Of a stretch of DNA of 32,586 bases, positions 8,612 through 17,685 are shown piece after piece. How positions within the stretch are numbered: the stretch's first letter is position 1; every line of letters starts with the position of its first letter. The stretch spans positions 1 through 32,586 of the forward strand of contig JBILVW010000003.1 in the NCBI GenBank assembly GCA_044370205.1, written 5' to 3'. This stretch comes from Pirellulales bacterium. Lineage in GTDB: Bacteria > Planctomycetota > Planctomycetia > Pirellulales > UBA1268. Both the position numbers and the translations under genes were made by a program. Under the pieces are notes generated by a model. It was given only the letters and a program-made list of their open reading frames with translations, was not told the DNA's origin and searched no databases.

Positions 8612-8651
8612 CAACTTTTTGCCGTTTCAGTGCCACCCCCGGACGGCCCCT

Positions 8652-9104
8652 TCACTCCCGCCGCCGGGAGTCGATCACGATCGTGACGGGGCCGTCGTTG
8701 ACGAGGCTCACCCGCATGTCGGCCGCAAATACACCCGTCGCCAGCGGCCGGCCGACCAGCGGCTCGAGCACGGCCAGAAACCGCTCGTAGAGCGGCACCG
8801 CCTCCTCCGGCCGGGCGGCCCGCACGAAGCTCGGCCGGTTGCCCCGGGCCGTGTCGGCTAGCAGCGTGAACTGGCTCACGACGAGCGACTCGCCCCCGAT
8901 CTCGGCCACGCTGCGGTTCATCTTCCCCGCCTCGTCGGCGAAGATCCGCAGTCCCGCGACCTTGCCCGCGAGCCAGTCGGCATCGGCGGCCGAATCCCCC
9001 TGCTCGACGCCCACGAGCACGACGAGCCCACGGCCGATCCGGCCGACGATGTCGCCGGCGATCTCGACGGATGCCTCCGTCACGCGTTGCACGACAGCTT
9101 TCAT
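8652..9104 (-). CDS. dtd: D-aminoacyl-tRNA deacylase
   Basis: MKAVVQRV start; LRIF, SQFTL, GNRPSF and NDGPVT signature motifs. Confidence 0.97.
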   Translation of the reverse strand: MKAVVQRVTEASVEIAGDIVGRIGRGLVVLVGVEQGDSAADADWLAGKVAGLRIFADEAGKMNRSVAEIGGESLVVSQFTLLADTARGNRPSFVRAARPEEAVPLYERFLAVLEPLVGRPLATGVFAADMRVSLVNDGPVTIVIDSRRRE

Positions 9105-9154
9105 GGGCACCGGTTGTTGGCACTGGGGGTATGGGAAGCGTATCGGCGGGACGG

Positions 9155-9214
9155 TCCCCCGGCTTGCGCCTGGGGGCTTTTGTGAGAAGGCAGATCGCCG
9201 CCGGGGGCTTTTAC
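9155..9214 (-). repeat. REP-like palindrome (one full plus one partial copy)
   Basis: Minus strand AAAAGCCCCCAGGC-GCAA-GCCGGGGGA (9155-9181) and partial GTAAAAGCCCCCGGC (9200-9214); related copies at 24739 and 28300. Confidence 0.55.
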
Positions 9215-9295
9215 GAGGACCGAGACGACCTATTTTGACATTTCCTCGCCCGAGCGAAATCGCTTCAATCCCGGCCCCCTATTCGGAGGCCGACG

Positions 9296-10081
9296 ATGCC
9301 CCCTGCCATCAGCACGAGCCCGTTCACGGCCGCCCGCGGCTGTGTGAGCGACATTGCCACGCTGGCCCAGCGAGTGCCGCTCTTTCCGGTCGATCGCACC
9401 CTGCAACTGGCCGACGTGGCCGAGGCACGCGATGCGTGTCCGGTGCGGATCGGCTGGGCCGCCATGTTCCTCAAGGCCTACGCCCTCGTCGCCCGCGAGA
9501 TGCCGATCCTCCGGACGTGGTTTTCTTCAGGGCTGTTCCCGAAGCTCGTCACCTCGCCCCACAACGTGGCCACGCTCGCCGTCAATCGCACCGAGGCCAC
9601 TGGCGACCGCCTGCTCTTCGCCCGGCTGCGGAAGCCCGAGGCCGAGAGTCTCCCCGACATTCAGAAATTCATCCACGATTGCACCACCGAGCCCGTGAAC
9701 AAGATGTTCAAGCGGCAGCTGGAGCTTGAAATGGTGCCGGGGGCCCTGCGGCGCACGATCCTCCGCTGGAACATGCGGTCCCGCTCGGCCAAGCGGGCCG
9801 CGCGGATCGGCACCTTCAGCCTCTCCACGCTCGCCGGGCTCGGGGCCACCAACCGCTTTCATCCCACGCTCTGCACCACGAGCCTGTCGTATGCGCCGCT
9901 GGAGGCCGACGGCCGCTGCACGGCGACGGTGATCGCCGACCACCGCGTACTCGACGGCGCCGCGGTGGCCCGGGCGCTGCAGTGGCTGGAGCAGGCGCTC
10001 CGCACCGACATCGCGGCCGAGCTCACGGCCCTGCGGAATGCTCCTCCGGTGGCTGCCGCCCCGCAGCGAGCCGCCGCCTGA
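9296..10081 (+). CDS. Stand-alone 2-oxoacid dehydrogenase E2-like acyltransferase catalytic domain
   Basis: GTFSLSTL and catalytic DHRVLDGA motifs; no lipoyl domain. Confidence 0.75.
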   Translation: MPPAISTSPFTAARGCVSDIATLAQRVPLFPVDRTLQLADVAEARDACPVRIGWAAMFLKAYALVAREMPILRTWFSSGLFPKLVTSPHNVATLAVNRTEATGDRLLFARLRKPEAESLPDIQKFIHDCTTEPVNKMFKRQLELEMVPGALRRTILRWNMRSRSAKRAARIGTFSLSTLAGLGATNRFHPTLCTTSLSYAPLEADGRCTATVIADHRVLDGAAVARALQWLEQALRTDIAAELTALRNAPPVAAAPQRAAA

Positions 10082-11369
10082 TCTCGGCGAGCCGTTCGCC
10101 GAGATCCCGCTCGAGCCCCCGGTCGGTCGGCTCGTAATACCGCTTCTCCACGCCCAGGTAGTCCTGTGCCGCGATCCCGTCGGTCGCGTCGTGGGAATAC
10201 TCATAGCCCTGCCCGTGGCCGAGCCGCTTGGCGCCGGCGTAGTGCTTGTCCTGCAGGTGCCGCGGCACGGGGATCACCGCCTTCTCACGGACGTCGCGGC
10301 GGGCGGCCCCGATCGCGGTGGTGCAGGCGTTGCTCTTGGGCGCGAGCGCCAGATACGTCACGGCCTGCGACAGCGTGAGCTGGCACTCGGGCAGGCCCAC
10401 GAACTCCGTCGCCTGCATTGCCGCCACGGCGATCATGAGCGCCCGTGGATCGGCGTTGCCGATGTCCTCGCTGGCGAGGATCACGAGCCGCCGCGACAGA
10501 AACCGCACGTCCTCGCCCCCTTCGAGCATCCGCGCGAGCCAGTAGAGCCCCGCATCGGCATCGCTGCCGCGGATGCTCTTGATGAGGGCGCTGGCACAGT
10601 CGTAATGGGTGTCGCCGGAGTCATAGGTGATGGCCTTCCGCTGCACGCTCTCGCGGGCGAGGTCGAGGGTGAACACGAGCGGCCGCTCGCGACTCGAGAG
10701 CACGCCCACCTCGAGTGCCCCCAGCGCCCGCCGCGCGTCGCCGTCGGAGGTCTCCACGAGGAAAGCCCTCGCGTCGGGATCGAGCGACACCCGCTCCAGG
10801 CCGAGGCCGTGCTCGCGGTCGGCGACGGCCCGGTCGAGGATGGTGGCGATGTGTCCGGGCGAGAGGCTCTCGAGTTCGAAGATGCGGCTGCGGCTCACCA
10901 GCGCGCTGGTCAGCGCGAAGAAGGGATTCTGCGTCGTGGCACCGATGAGCGCGATCACGCCGCTCTCCACGTCGGGCAGGAGCACGTCCTGCTGGGCCTT
11001 GTTGAAGCGGTGGATCTCGTCGATGAACAGGCAGGTATGCTGGCCGTCGTCTTCGAGCCGGCGGCGGGCGGCCTCGAGCACGTCTCGCACGTCCTTCACG
11101 CCCGAGGCCGTCGCCGAGAGCTCCACGAACCGCCGCTTCGTCTCGTGGGCGATGATCTCGGCGAGCGTCGTCTTGCCCACGCCCGGCGGCCCGTAGAGGA
11201 TCACCGACCCGAGCCGGTCGGCCTCGATGAGCCGCCGCAGGAGCATGCCCGGGCCGACGACCTTTTCTTGCCCGACGTAATCGGCCAGCCTCCGGGGCCG
11301 CATGCGGGCGGCGAGCGGGGCCGCCCGGGCGACGTTGGCGGCTCGCGATGCGGAAAACAGGTCGGCCAT
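10023..11369 (-). CDS. rarA: Replication-associated recombination protein A (RarA/MgsA)
   Basis: PLAARMRP, GPPGVGKTT, FIDEIHRFNKAQQD, GATTQNP, SALIKSIRGSD, ASEDIGNADP; start MADLF at 11369. Confidence 0.96.
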   Translation of the reverse strand: MADLFSASRAANVARAAPLAARMRPRRLADYVGQEKVVGPGMLLRRLIEADRLGSVILYGPPGVGKTTLAEIIAHETKRRFVELSATASGVKDVRDVLEAARRRLEDDGQHTCLFIDEIHRFNKAQQDVLLPDVESGVIALIGATTQNPFFALTSALVSRSRIFELESLSPGHIATILDRAVADREHGLGLERVSLDPDARAFLVETSDGDARRALGALEVGVLSSRERPLVFTLDLARESVQRKAITYDSGDTHYDCASALIKSIRGSDADAGLYWLARMLEGGEDVRFLSRRLVILASEDIGNADPRALMIAVAAMQATEFVGLPECQLTLSQAVTYLALAPKSNACTTAIGAARRDVREKAVIPVPRHLQDKHYAGAKRLGHGQGYEYSHDATDGIAAQDYLGVEKRYYEPTDRGLERDLGERLAEIRRRLAAGRQPPEEHSAGP

Positions 11370-11536
11370 GAGCGTGACGGCGTAGTGCAGGCAGGCTGCG
11401 CAGGAATCCTTGGAAGCGGGGCAAGCCGGGGCTTCCGGCGGGAATGAAGCGATCGCACGGCGAATTCCGATGATACCGGATGTGCCGCCTCGGCCGTTGT
11501 CGGTCGGGGACTGCACTCATCCGTCGAGAAGCTCCC

Positions 11537-13171
11537 GTGCTGGAACCGCGATCCCGACGACGAAGCGGCATCCGCAGCCTGGCCTGGCTGGCGGTCGTGC
11601 TCGGCCTGTCGCCGCCGCTCGCCGCCCAGCAGGATGCCTCGGCATCTCGGCAAAGCCCGATCCTCGAGTTCCCCGACCTAGGACCGATCCGCGGCAGCAC
11701 CGAGCCACCACCACTCCCCGGCACGCTCGCGCCGGGCATGGATGTCGGCGCGGGTGGCTCAACTCCCGGCCTCCTCGGCGGCAAGCGACGCACGGGCCGG
11801 CTGCCGAAGGGGGCCCAACCGCGGGGTGTCGCCTCGGCCGCCGTCGCCACCCGTGGGCTCGCCCTGCCGGAATCGCTCCCGGCGCCGGCAGCACAGGCCT
11901 CGGTCGCCGGGCCGACGGCCCATGTCGATGCCGCGATCATCGACGATCCCGGCCCTCCCGACGGCCTCACGCTCGACGCGGCGCTCGACCGGATGATGGC
12001 CGCCAACCTCGACATCCGCGCCCTGCGGCATGAGCTCACGCAGGCCGACGCCGACGTTCTCACGGCCGGCCTCCGCACCAACCCGCTCATCTACATGGAC
12101 ACGCAGTTCATCCCCTACGGCTCGTTCTCCAAGAGGCGGCCCGGCGGCCCTACGCAGTACGACCTCAACATCACCCTGCCGATGGACATGTCACGAAAGC
12201 GGCAGTCGCGGACGGTCGTGGCCCGGATGGCGAAGTCGACCCTCGAAGCCCAGTTCCAGGACGTCACGCGGCGGCAGATCGACAACCTCTACCGCGCCTT
12301 CGTGAACCTCCAGGCCGCGCGGATCGACCGGCTCGCGGCGCTCTCCACGGTGCAGCGACAGGAGCAGCGGCTGGCCGACCTGCGGCAACGCGACGATCGC
12401 ACCGACCAGCGTGCGGCCGATGCGATCGATCATCTCGCCTTCATGCTGGAGCGATCGCGAGTCGCCCTCGACGAGGCGACGGAGGCCTACGACGATGCCC
12501 GTGACGGCCTCGGCGTGCTGCTCAATCTCTCCCTCGACGAGACGACGAGGCTCGAGCCGCAGGGCAGCCTGCGGACACGGGTGCCGGAGCCACCCGGGCT
12601 CGACGAACTGGAGGCGATCGCATTGCGGTGCCGCCCCGACCTCCACGCCGGCCGGTTGGGCGTGAACCGCGCGGGGGCGGAAGTCTCGCTCCAGCGGGCC
12701 AATCGGTTCGACGACGTCTACCTCTTCTACGACCCGATCACGATCCAAGACGGGAGCCCCTTCGGCGTGCAGTCGGCCTCGTCCTGGGCGGTGGGCCTCA
12801 CGTTCGCGCTGCCGATCTTCAATCGCAACCAGGGCAACATCGCGCGAGCCGAGAGCAACGTGGGGCAGTCGAAGCTCGAACTGTCGGCCCTCGAGCGACG
12901 GGCGCTGGCGGAGGTGCGACTGGCCGAGCGGGAGTATCGCCGTTCCCGCGACGCGATCGCCCAGGTGGAGCAGGCAATTTTGCCACGGGCCACGGCGGTA
13001 CTCACCCGGCGGCAGGAGCAGTTCGCGGCGGGCGACATCGTGATCGACGATCTCGAAGGCGCGATCGAGGATCTCGCGGAGGTCACGCAGAGCCACCGCG
13101 ACGCCGTCGTTCGGCACCGCCGCGCGATGCTCGAACTCAACACCGCCGTCGGCCTGCGGCTCGTGCCGTAG
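11537..13171 (+). CDS. TolC/CzcC-family outer membrane efflux protein
   Basis: Signal peptide, Pro-rich N-terminal region, LTLDAAL..., ALRCRPDL, LPIFNRNQGNIARA. Start is GTG 11537 or ATG 11480. Confidence 0.85.
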   Translation: MLEPRSRRRSGIRSLAWLAVVLGLSPPLAAQQDASASRQSPILEFPDLGPIRGSTEPPPLPGTLAPGMDVGAGGSTPGLLGGKRRTGRLPKGAQPRGVASAAVATRGLALPESLPAPAAQASVAGPTAHVDAAIIDDPGPPDGLTLDAALDRMMAANLDIRALRHELTQADADVLTAGLRTNPLIYMDTQFIPYGSFSKRRPGGPTQYDLNITLPMDMSRKRQSRTVVARMAKSTLEAQFQDVTRRQIDNLYRAFVNLQAARIDRLAALSTVQRQEQRLADLRQRDDRTDQRAADAIDHLAFMLERSRVALDEATEAYDDARDGLGVLLNLSLDETTRLEPQGSLRTRVPEPPGLDELEAIALRCRPDLHAGRLGVNRAGAEVSLQRANRFDDVYLFYDPITIQDGSPFGVQSASSWAVGLTFALPIFNRNQGNIARAESNVGQSKLELSALERRALAEVRLAEREYRRSRDAIAQVEQAILPRATAVLTRRQEQFAAGDIVIDDLEGAIEDLAEVTQSHRDAVVRHRRAMLELNTAVGLRLVP

Positions 13172-13174
13172 AGA

Positions 13175-13585
13175 TCAGCCTGTCCACGCAAACTCGATCG
13201 CGGCGTCGATCTCGGGATGCAGGCTCTTGTGCACAGGGCAGGTGTGGGCGGCCTGCTCGAGCAGCTGCCGCTGCGGATGATCGGCGGGCAGCGGGATCGT
13301 GAGGCGGGTGCGGAGCGAGGCGATCCGGCGTGGCGGAGCCGAGGTCATCAGCTTCTCGGTCTCGGCCGTCATGCCGGTGAGGTCGAGGCCGTGCCGCTCC
13401 GCCACGATCCCCATGATCGTCATCATGCAGGCCCCGAGGGCCGTCGCCACGAGGTCGGTCGGCGAGAAGCTCTCCCCCTTGCCGTGATTGTCCACCGGGG
13501 CGTCGGTGACGAGCGTCGTGCCCGAGGGGCCGTGGACCGCGCGGCACCGCAGACCGCCTTCATAGGTACTCGTGACTTTGACCAT
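13175..13585 (-). CDS. OsmC/Ohr family protein (YhfA-like)
   Basis: TDAPVDNHGKGESFSPTDL, ALGAC and CPVHKSL with both conserved Cys; GGAG RBS before ATG 13585. Confidence 0.93.
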   Translation of the reverse strand: MVKVTSTYEGGLRCRAVHGPSGTTLVTDAPVDNHGKGESFSPTDLVATALGACMMTIMGIVAERHGLDLTGMTAETEKLMTSAPPRRIASLRTRLTIPLPADHPQRQLLEQAAHTCPVHKSLHPEIDAAIEFAWTG

Positions 13586-13597
13586 CCGCGAATCTCC

Positions 13598-13682
13598 AAA
13601 AAGGTGCCAGCCACCAAATCTGGGCAAGCTGTCTATAACTTTCAGGCATAGATTACCCAGATTTGGTGGCTGGCACCTTTTT
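13598..13682. repeat. 85-bp element with perfect 27-bp inverted arms (REPIN/MITE-like)
   Basis: AAAAAGGTGCCAGCCACCAAATCTGGG (13598-13624) and its exact reverse complement (13656-13682), with a 31-bp AT-rich, partly self-complementary spacer. Confidence 0.9.
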
Positions 13683-13687
13683 CGGTC

Positions 13688-15580
13688 ATGGGATTTCGAT
13701 CACTTCAATCGTGCGTGGATGCGCTGCGTGCCGAAGGGCAGGCGGTCGTGGTCGATCATCCCGTCGATCCGCACCTCGAGATCGCGGAGATCCAGCGGCG
13801 GCTGTTTCGGGCCGGGGGCCCCGCCGTGCTGTTCACGCGGCCCAAGGGCTCGGCCTTCCCGGTTCTCGTCAATCTCTACGGCACGCAGCGGCGGATCGAG
13901 CGGATCTTCGCCGACACGCTCGACCGCGTGAGGCGGCTCGTGGAGCTGAAGATCGACCCTGCCGCGGCCCTGCAGAAGCCGTGGCGATACTGGCGGAGCC
14001 CGTACGACGCCCTGTCGATGCTGCCCCGCCACGTGCGGTCGGGCCCGGTGATGGCCCGCTCGATTCCGCTCTCGATGCTGCCGCAGGTGGTCTCGTGGCC
14101 GGGCGATGGCGGCCCCTTCATCACGCTGCCGGCCGTCTATACGGAAGACCCGAACCAGCCCGGACCGAAGCGTTCGAACCTCGGCATGTATCGCGTGCAG
14201 CTGGCTGGCAATGCCTACGAGCCCGACCGCGAGGTGGGCCTCCACTATCAGCTCCATCGCGGCATCGGCGTGCACCATGCCGCGGCGCTCGCCCGCGGGG
14301 CCGCGCTCAAGGCGGCGATCTTCGTGGGCGGCTCGCCCGCCATGCCCGTCTCGGCCGTGATGCCGCTGCCCGAGGGGCTCTCGGAGCTGACCTTCGCCGG
14401 CGTGCTCGCGGGCCACCGCATCCCGATGATCCGGCGGCCCGATCGGCCGGCGATCTACGCCGACGCCGACTTCGTGATCGAGGGCACGGTGATGCCGGGC
14501 GACACGAAGCCCGAGGGGCCGTTCGGCGACCACCTCGGCTACTACGCCCGCCGGCATGATTTTCCCGTAATGCGGGTCGATCATGTCTGGCACCGCGAGG
14601 GGGCGATCTGGCCCGTCACGGTCGTGGGCCGCCCGCCCCAGGAAGACACGCTCTTCGGCTGGCTCGTGCACGAGTTGACCGGCCCCGTGATCCCGACGGT
14701 ACTGCCCGGCGTGAAGAGCGTGCATGCCGTCGATGCCTCGGGCGTGCATCCTCTGCTCCTCGCGGTGGGCAGTGAACGCTATCTGCCCTGGAAGCCTTCC
14801 ACGCGGCCCGCGGAACTGCTCACGCAGGCGTCGGCGATCCTCGGCCAGGGGCAGCTCTCGCTGGCGAAGTATCTCTTCATCGTGGCCGAGCAGGATGCAC
14901 CGGGGCTCGACGCCCACGACATCCGGCCGTTCTTCGCCCATCTGCTCGCCCGGGCCGACTGGCAGCGGGACTGCCACTTCCACACCCAGACGACGATCGA
15001 CACGCTCGACTACTCGGGATCGGGCTTCAACGCCGGCTCGAAGCTCGTGGTGGCGGCCCGGGGTCCGGCAGTCCGCGAGCTGCCCACGGAGATTCGCGGC
15101 GGATGCTCATTGCCTGCGGGCTTCGGGAATCCGCGGGTCTGCCTGCCGGGCGTGGTGGCGGTGGAGGGGCCACGGATCGAGCCGCGGCCCGTGCTCGAAT
15201 CGGCGGGCGATGGGGCCACGTGGGCGGCTGCGGCTGGCGCCACGTGGTCGGCCGACGTGGAACGGTTCTCTGTCACGCTCGGCCCCGAGCATCCGCTGAG
15301 GGCATTTCCGCTCGTGGTCATCGTGGACGACGCCGCCTTCACCGCCGCGAACCTGGAGAACTTCCTCTGGATCACGTTCACCCGCTCGAACCCGGCCGCC
15401 GACGTGCACGGCGTCGATGCGGAGACGCGGCAGAAGCACTGGGGCTGCCGCGGGCCACTGGTGATCGATGCGCGGCTCAAGCCGCATCACGCGCCGCCGG
15501 TGGAGGAGGACCCTGCGGTATCGGCGCGGGTCGATGCGCTCGCTGCAAGCGGCGGCCCGCTCGCCGGGCTGGGGCTGTGA
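13688..15580 (+). CDS. UbiD-family prFMN-dependent decarboxylase (long form, possibly futalosine-pathway menaquinone synthesis)
   Basis: DGGPFITLP, NLGMYRVQ, EGPFGDHLGYY, VGRPPQED and IDTLDYSG motifs. Confidence 0.9.
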   Translation: MGFRSLQSCVDALRAEGQAVVVDHPVDPHLEIAEIQRRLFRAGGPAVLFTRPKGSAFPVLVNLYGTQRRIERIFADTLDRVRRLVELKIDPAAALQKPWRYWRSPYDALSMLPRHVRSGPVMARSIPLSMLPQVVSWPGDGGPFITLPAVYTEDPNQPGPKRSNLGMYRVQLAGNAYEPDREVGLHYQLHRGIGVHHAAALARGAALKAAIFVGGSPAMPVSAVMPLPEGLSELTFAGVLAGHRIPMIRRPDRPAIYADADFVIEGTVMPGDTKPEGPFGDHLGYYARRHDFPVMRVDHVWHREGAIWPVTVVGRPPQEDTLFGWLVHELTGPVIPTVLPGVKSVHAVDASGVHPLLLAVGSERYLPWKPSTRPAELLTQASAILGQGQLSLAKYLFIVAEQDAPGLDAHDIRPFFAHLLARADWQRDCHFHTQTTIDTLDYSGSGFNAGSKLVVAARGPAVRELPTEIRGGCSLPAGFGNPRVCLPGVVAVEGPRIEPRPVLESAGDGATWAAAAGATWSADVERFSVTLGPEHPLRAFPLVVIVDDAAFTAANLENFLWITFTRSNPAADVHGVDAETRQKHWGCRGPLVIDARLKPHHAPPVEEDPAVSARVDALAASGGPLAGLGL

Positions 15581-15955
15581 TCAACCAGCGATCGAGCTGA
15601 TGCGAACCTTCGTCGCGAGCGAACGGTGGCCGGTGCGGCGGCGATAGTTCTTCCGCCGCTTGAACTTCTGCACGTAGATCTTGTCGCCCTGCACCGACGA
15701 GAGCACCTCCGCCTTCACGGTCGCTCCCTTCACCTTCGGCTTACCGAGCGTGAGGGCCCCGGCCTTGCTGACGGCAAGCACCTCGTCGAACACCAGTTCG
15801 CTGCCGGCCGGCAGGTGGCGGAAGTCGATCTCGAGCTCCTGCCCCTCCATCACGCGGTACTGCCGGCCGCCATCGACGACGATGGCGTAGGAGTGGCCCG
15901 CGCCCTGCATGCTGGCGGCGGTGGAAGAAGCGGTGGTGGCAGCGGCCTTGGCCAT
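15581..15955 (-). CDS. rplU: 50S ribosomal protein L21
   Basis: YAIVVDGGRQYRV, KFKRRKNYRRRTGHR. Start ambiguous (15964, 15955 or 15910). Confidence 0.96.
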   Translation of the reverse strand: MAKAAATTASSTAASMQGAGHSYAIVVDGGRQYRVMEGQELEIDFRHLPAGSELVFDEVLAVSKAGALTLGKPKVKGATVKAEVLSSVQGDKIYVQKFKRRKNYRRRTGHRSLATKVRISSIAG

Positions 15956-16049
15956 GATTCGCATCCGGTCAGAAACGGGTGAGGGGACAAAAATAGCGAG
16001 TCCCAGAGGATATCTCCCCGGGTATCACGGGTCGAGAGGTCTGAAAAAC

Positions 16050-17657
16050 CTACGGAAAGCGAACGGTTCTGGCGTTGGCATCCCAGGCCTCGAAGACCAA
16101 ATGCTCCGGCGACACGCCGTCCTTGCCGTCGATGTGAAGCTGGATGTGGGTCTCGTCCTCGAACTGGGTGATCTCCCGCCGCTTGCGGTTGTTGAGCCAG
16201 GTGGCCACATCGTCGTGCACCGTGATGTTGAGCCTGGCGACGTCGTCCCGCGTGGCGGAAAGGTGCAGCGTCCGCATCACCTCGATCGCCATGCTCTCGG
16301 CCGTCTTCACCGTGCCGGTGCCGGTGCAGGTGGGGCAGTCGCGGAAGATGCTCTTCCTGAGCGATGGCCGGATCCGCTGCCGGGTCATCTCGATCAGGCC
16401 GAAGGGGCTCGTCCGCAGGATCTTCGTCCGGGCCCGGTCCCGCTTCATCGCGTCGTGGAGCGACTTCTCGACACCACGTCGATACTTCTCCTTCCGCATG
16501 TCGATGAAGTCGTTGACGATCACGCCGCCGAGGTCGCGGAGCCGCAGCTGCCGGGCGATCTCCTTCGCCGCGATCAGGTTCATCTGGTAGGCGTTCTCCT
16601 CGGCGCTCTTCTCCGTGCGGAAGCTGCCCGAGTTGACGTCGATGGCCACCAGGGCCTCCGTCTGGTCGATCACGATCGACCCACCTCCCTTGAGCGGCAC
16701 CTTCCGCTGGTGGATCCGCCCGATCTCCTCCTCCAGGCCGTAGCGATGGAAGAGCGGCTCCTTGCCCTCGTAGAGCTGCAGCCGCGGGGCGTATTTCGGC
16801 ATCACCAGTTCGAGGAACTCCCGGGCCCGCTCGTAAGCGGCCGGCTCGTCGATCAGGATCCGCCCCACGTCTTCCGTGAACATGTCACGGATCGTGCGGA
16901 TGATCATGTCGCTTTCCTGGTAGATGTCGATCGGCGCGGAATACTTCCGCATCCGGCGGACGATGCTCTTCCAGAGGTTGAGGAGATAGGCCATGTCACG
17001 TGCCATCTCCGACTTCGTCCGCTCCGTGCCGGCCGTCCGCACCACGAAGCCCACCCCCTTCGGCGGCTGGAGGTCGAGCATGATGTCGCGGAGCACGCGG
17101 CGGTCCCGCTCGTCGTCGATCTTCTTCGAGATGCCGACGCGGCCGAGCGGCGGCATGAGCACGAGGTAGCGGCCGGGAATCGAGATGTACGTGGAGAGCG
17201 TCGGCCCCTTGGTGCCGAATCCCTCCTTGATCACCTGCACGAGCACCTCGTCGCCGCGGCGGAGAATGTCCTGGATCGGCGGCTTGACCCGGGGCCGATC
17301 GCCGAGCCGTGGCTTCCGCCGCGTGGCCGTCCGCTGCCCGCCTTCTCCCTCCTCCGTCTCGCTGCGGCCGGCCGGCTCCGCCACGTCGAAGGCCTTGTCG
17401 GGATCGAGCCCGCCCTGCCGGTAATACTGAGGCTCCACGTCACTGATGTGGAGAAAGCCGTTGCGGCCCACGCCGAAATCGACGAACGCCGCCTGGATCG
17501 ACGGCTCGATGTTGACGATCCGTCCCTTGTAGATGTTGCCGACGTAGTTGTCCTGGCTGGTTCGCTCCACGTAGAGCTCCTCCAGCACCCCGTCTTCCAT
17601 GATCGCGATCCGGCATTCCTCCGGCTGCGACACGTTGATCAGCATTTCCTGTTTCAT
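16050..17657 (-). CDS. Ribonuclease E/G family
   Basis: GNIYKGRI, QAAFVDFG, GFLHISD (S1 domain), IDVNSG, IARQLRLRDLGG, DFIDM, Zn-link CPTCTGTG; RBS-like AGGAAGGA before ATG 17657. Confidence 0.96.
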   Translation of the reverse strand: MKQEMLINVSQPEECRIAIMEDGVLEELYVERTSQDNYVGNIYKGRIVNIEPSIQAAFVDFGVGRNGFLHISDVEPQYYRQGGLDPDKAFDVAEPAGRSETEEGEGGQRTATRRKPRLGDRPRVKPPIQDILRRGDEVLVQVIKEGFGTKGPTLSTYISIPGRYLVLMPPLGRVGISKKIDDERDRRVLRDIMLDLQPPKGVGFVVRTAGTERTKSEMARDMAYLLNLWKSIVRRMRKYSAPIDIYQESDMIIRTIRDMFTEDVGRILIDEPAAYERAREFLELVMPKYAPRLQLYEGKEPLFHRYGLEEEIGRIHQRKVPLKGGGSIVIDQTEALVAIDVNSGSFRTEKSAEENAYQMNLIAAKEIARQLRLRDLGGVIVNDFIDMRKEKYRRGVEKSLHDAMKRDRARTKILRTSPFGLIEMTRQRIRPSLRKSIFRDCPTCTGTGTVKTAESMAIEVMRTLHLSATRDDVARLNITVHDDVATWLNNRKRREITQFEDETHIQLHIDGKDGVSPEHLVFEAWDANARTVRFP

Positions 17658-17685
17658 CTCGTTTCCTTCCTGATTCGGGCCGCCC

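Noticed and set aside
13598-13682. CRISPR repeat or intrinsic terminator
   Set aside because: Arms are inverted rather than direct, there are only two, no cas genes are present, and the element lies between divergent gene starts.
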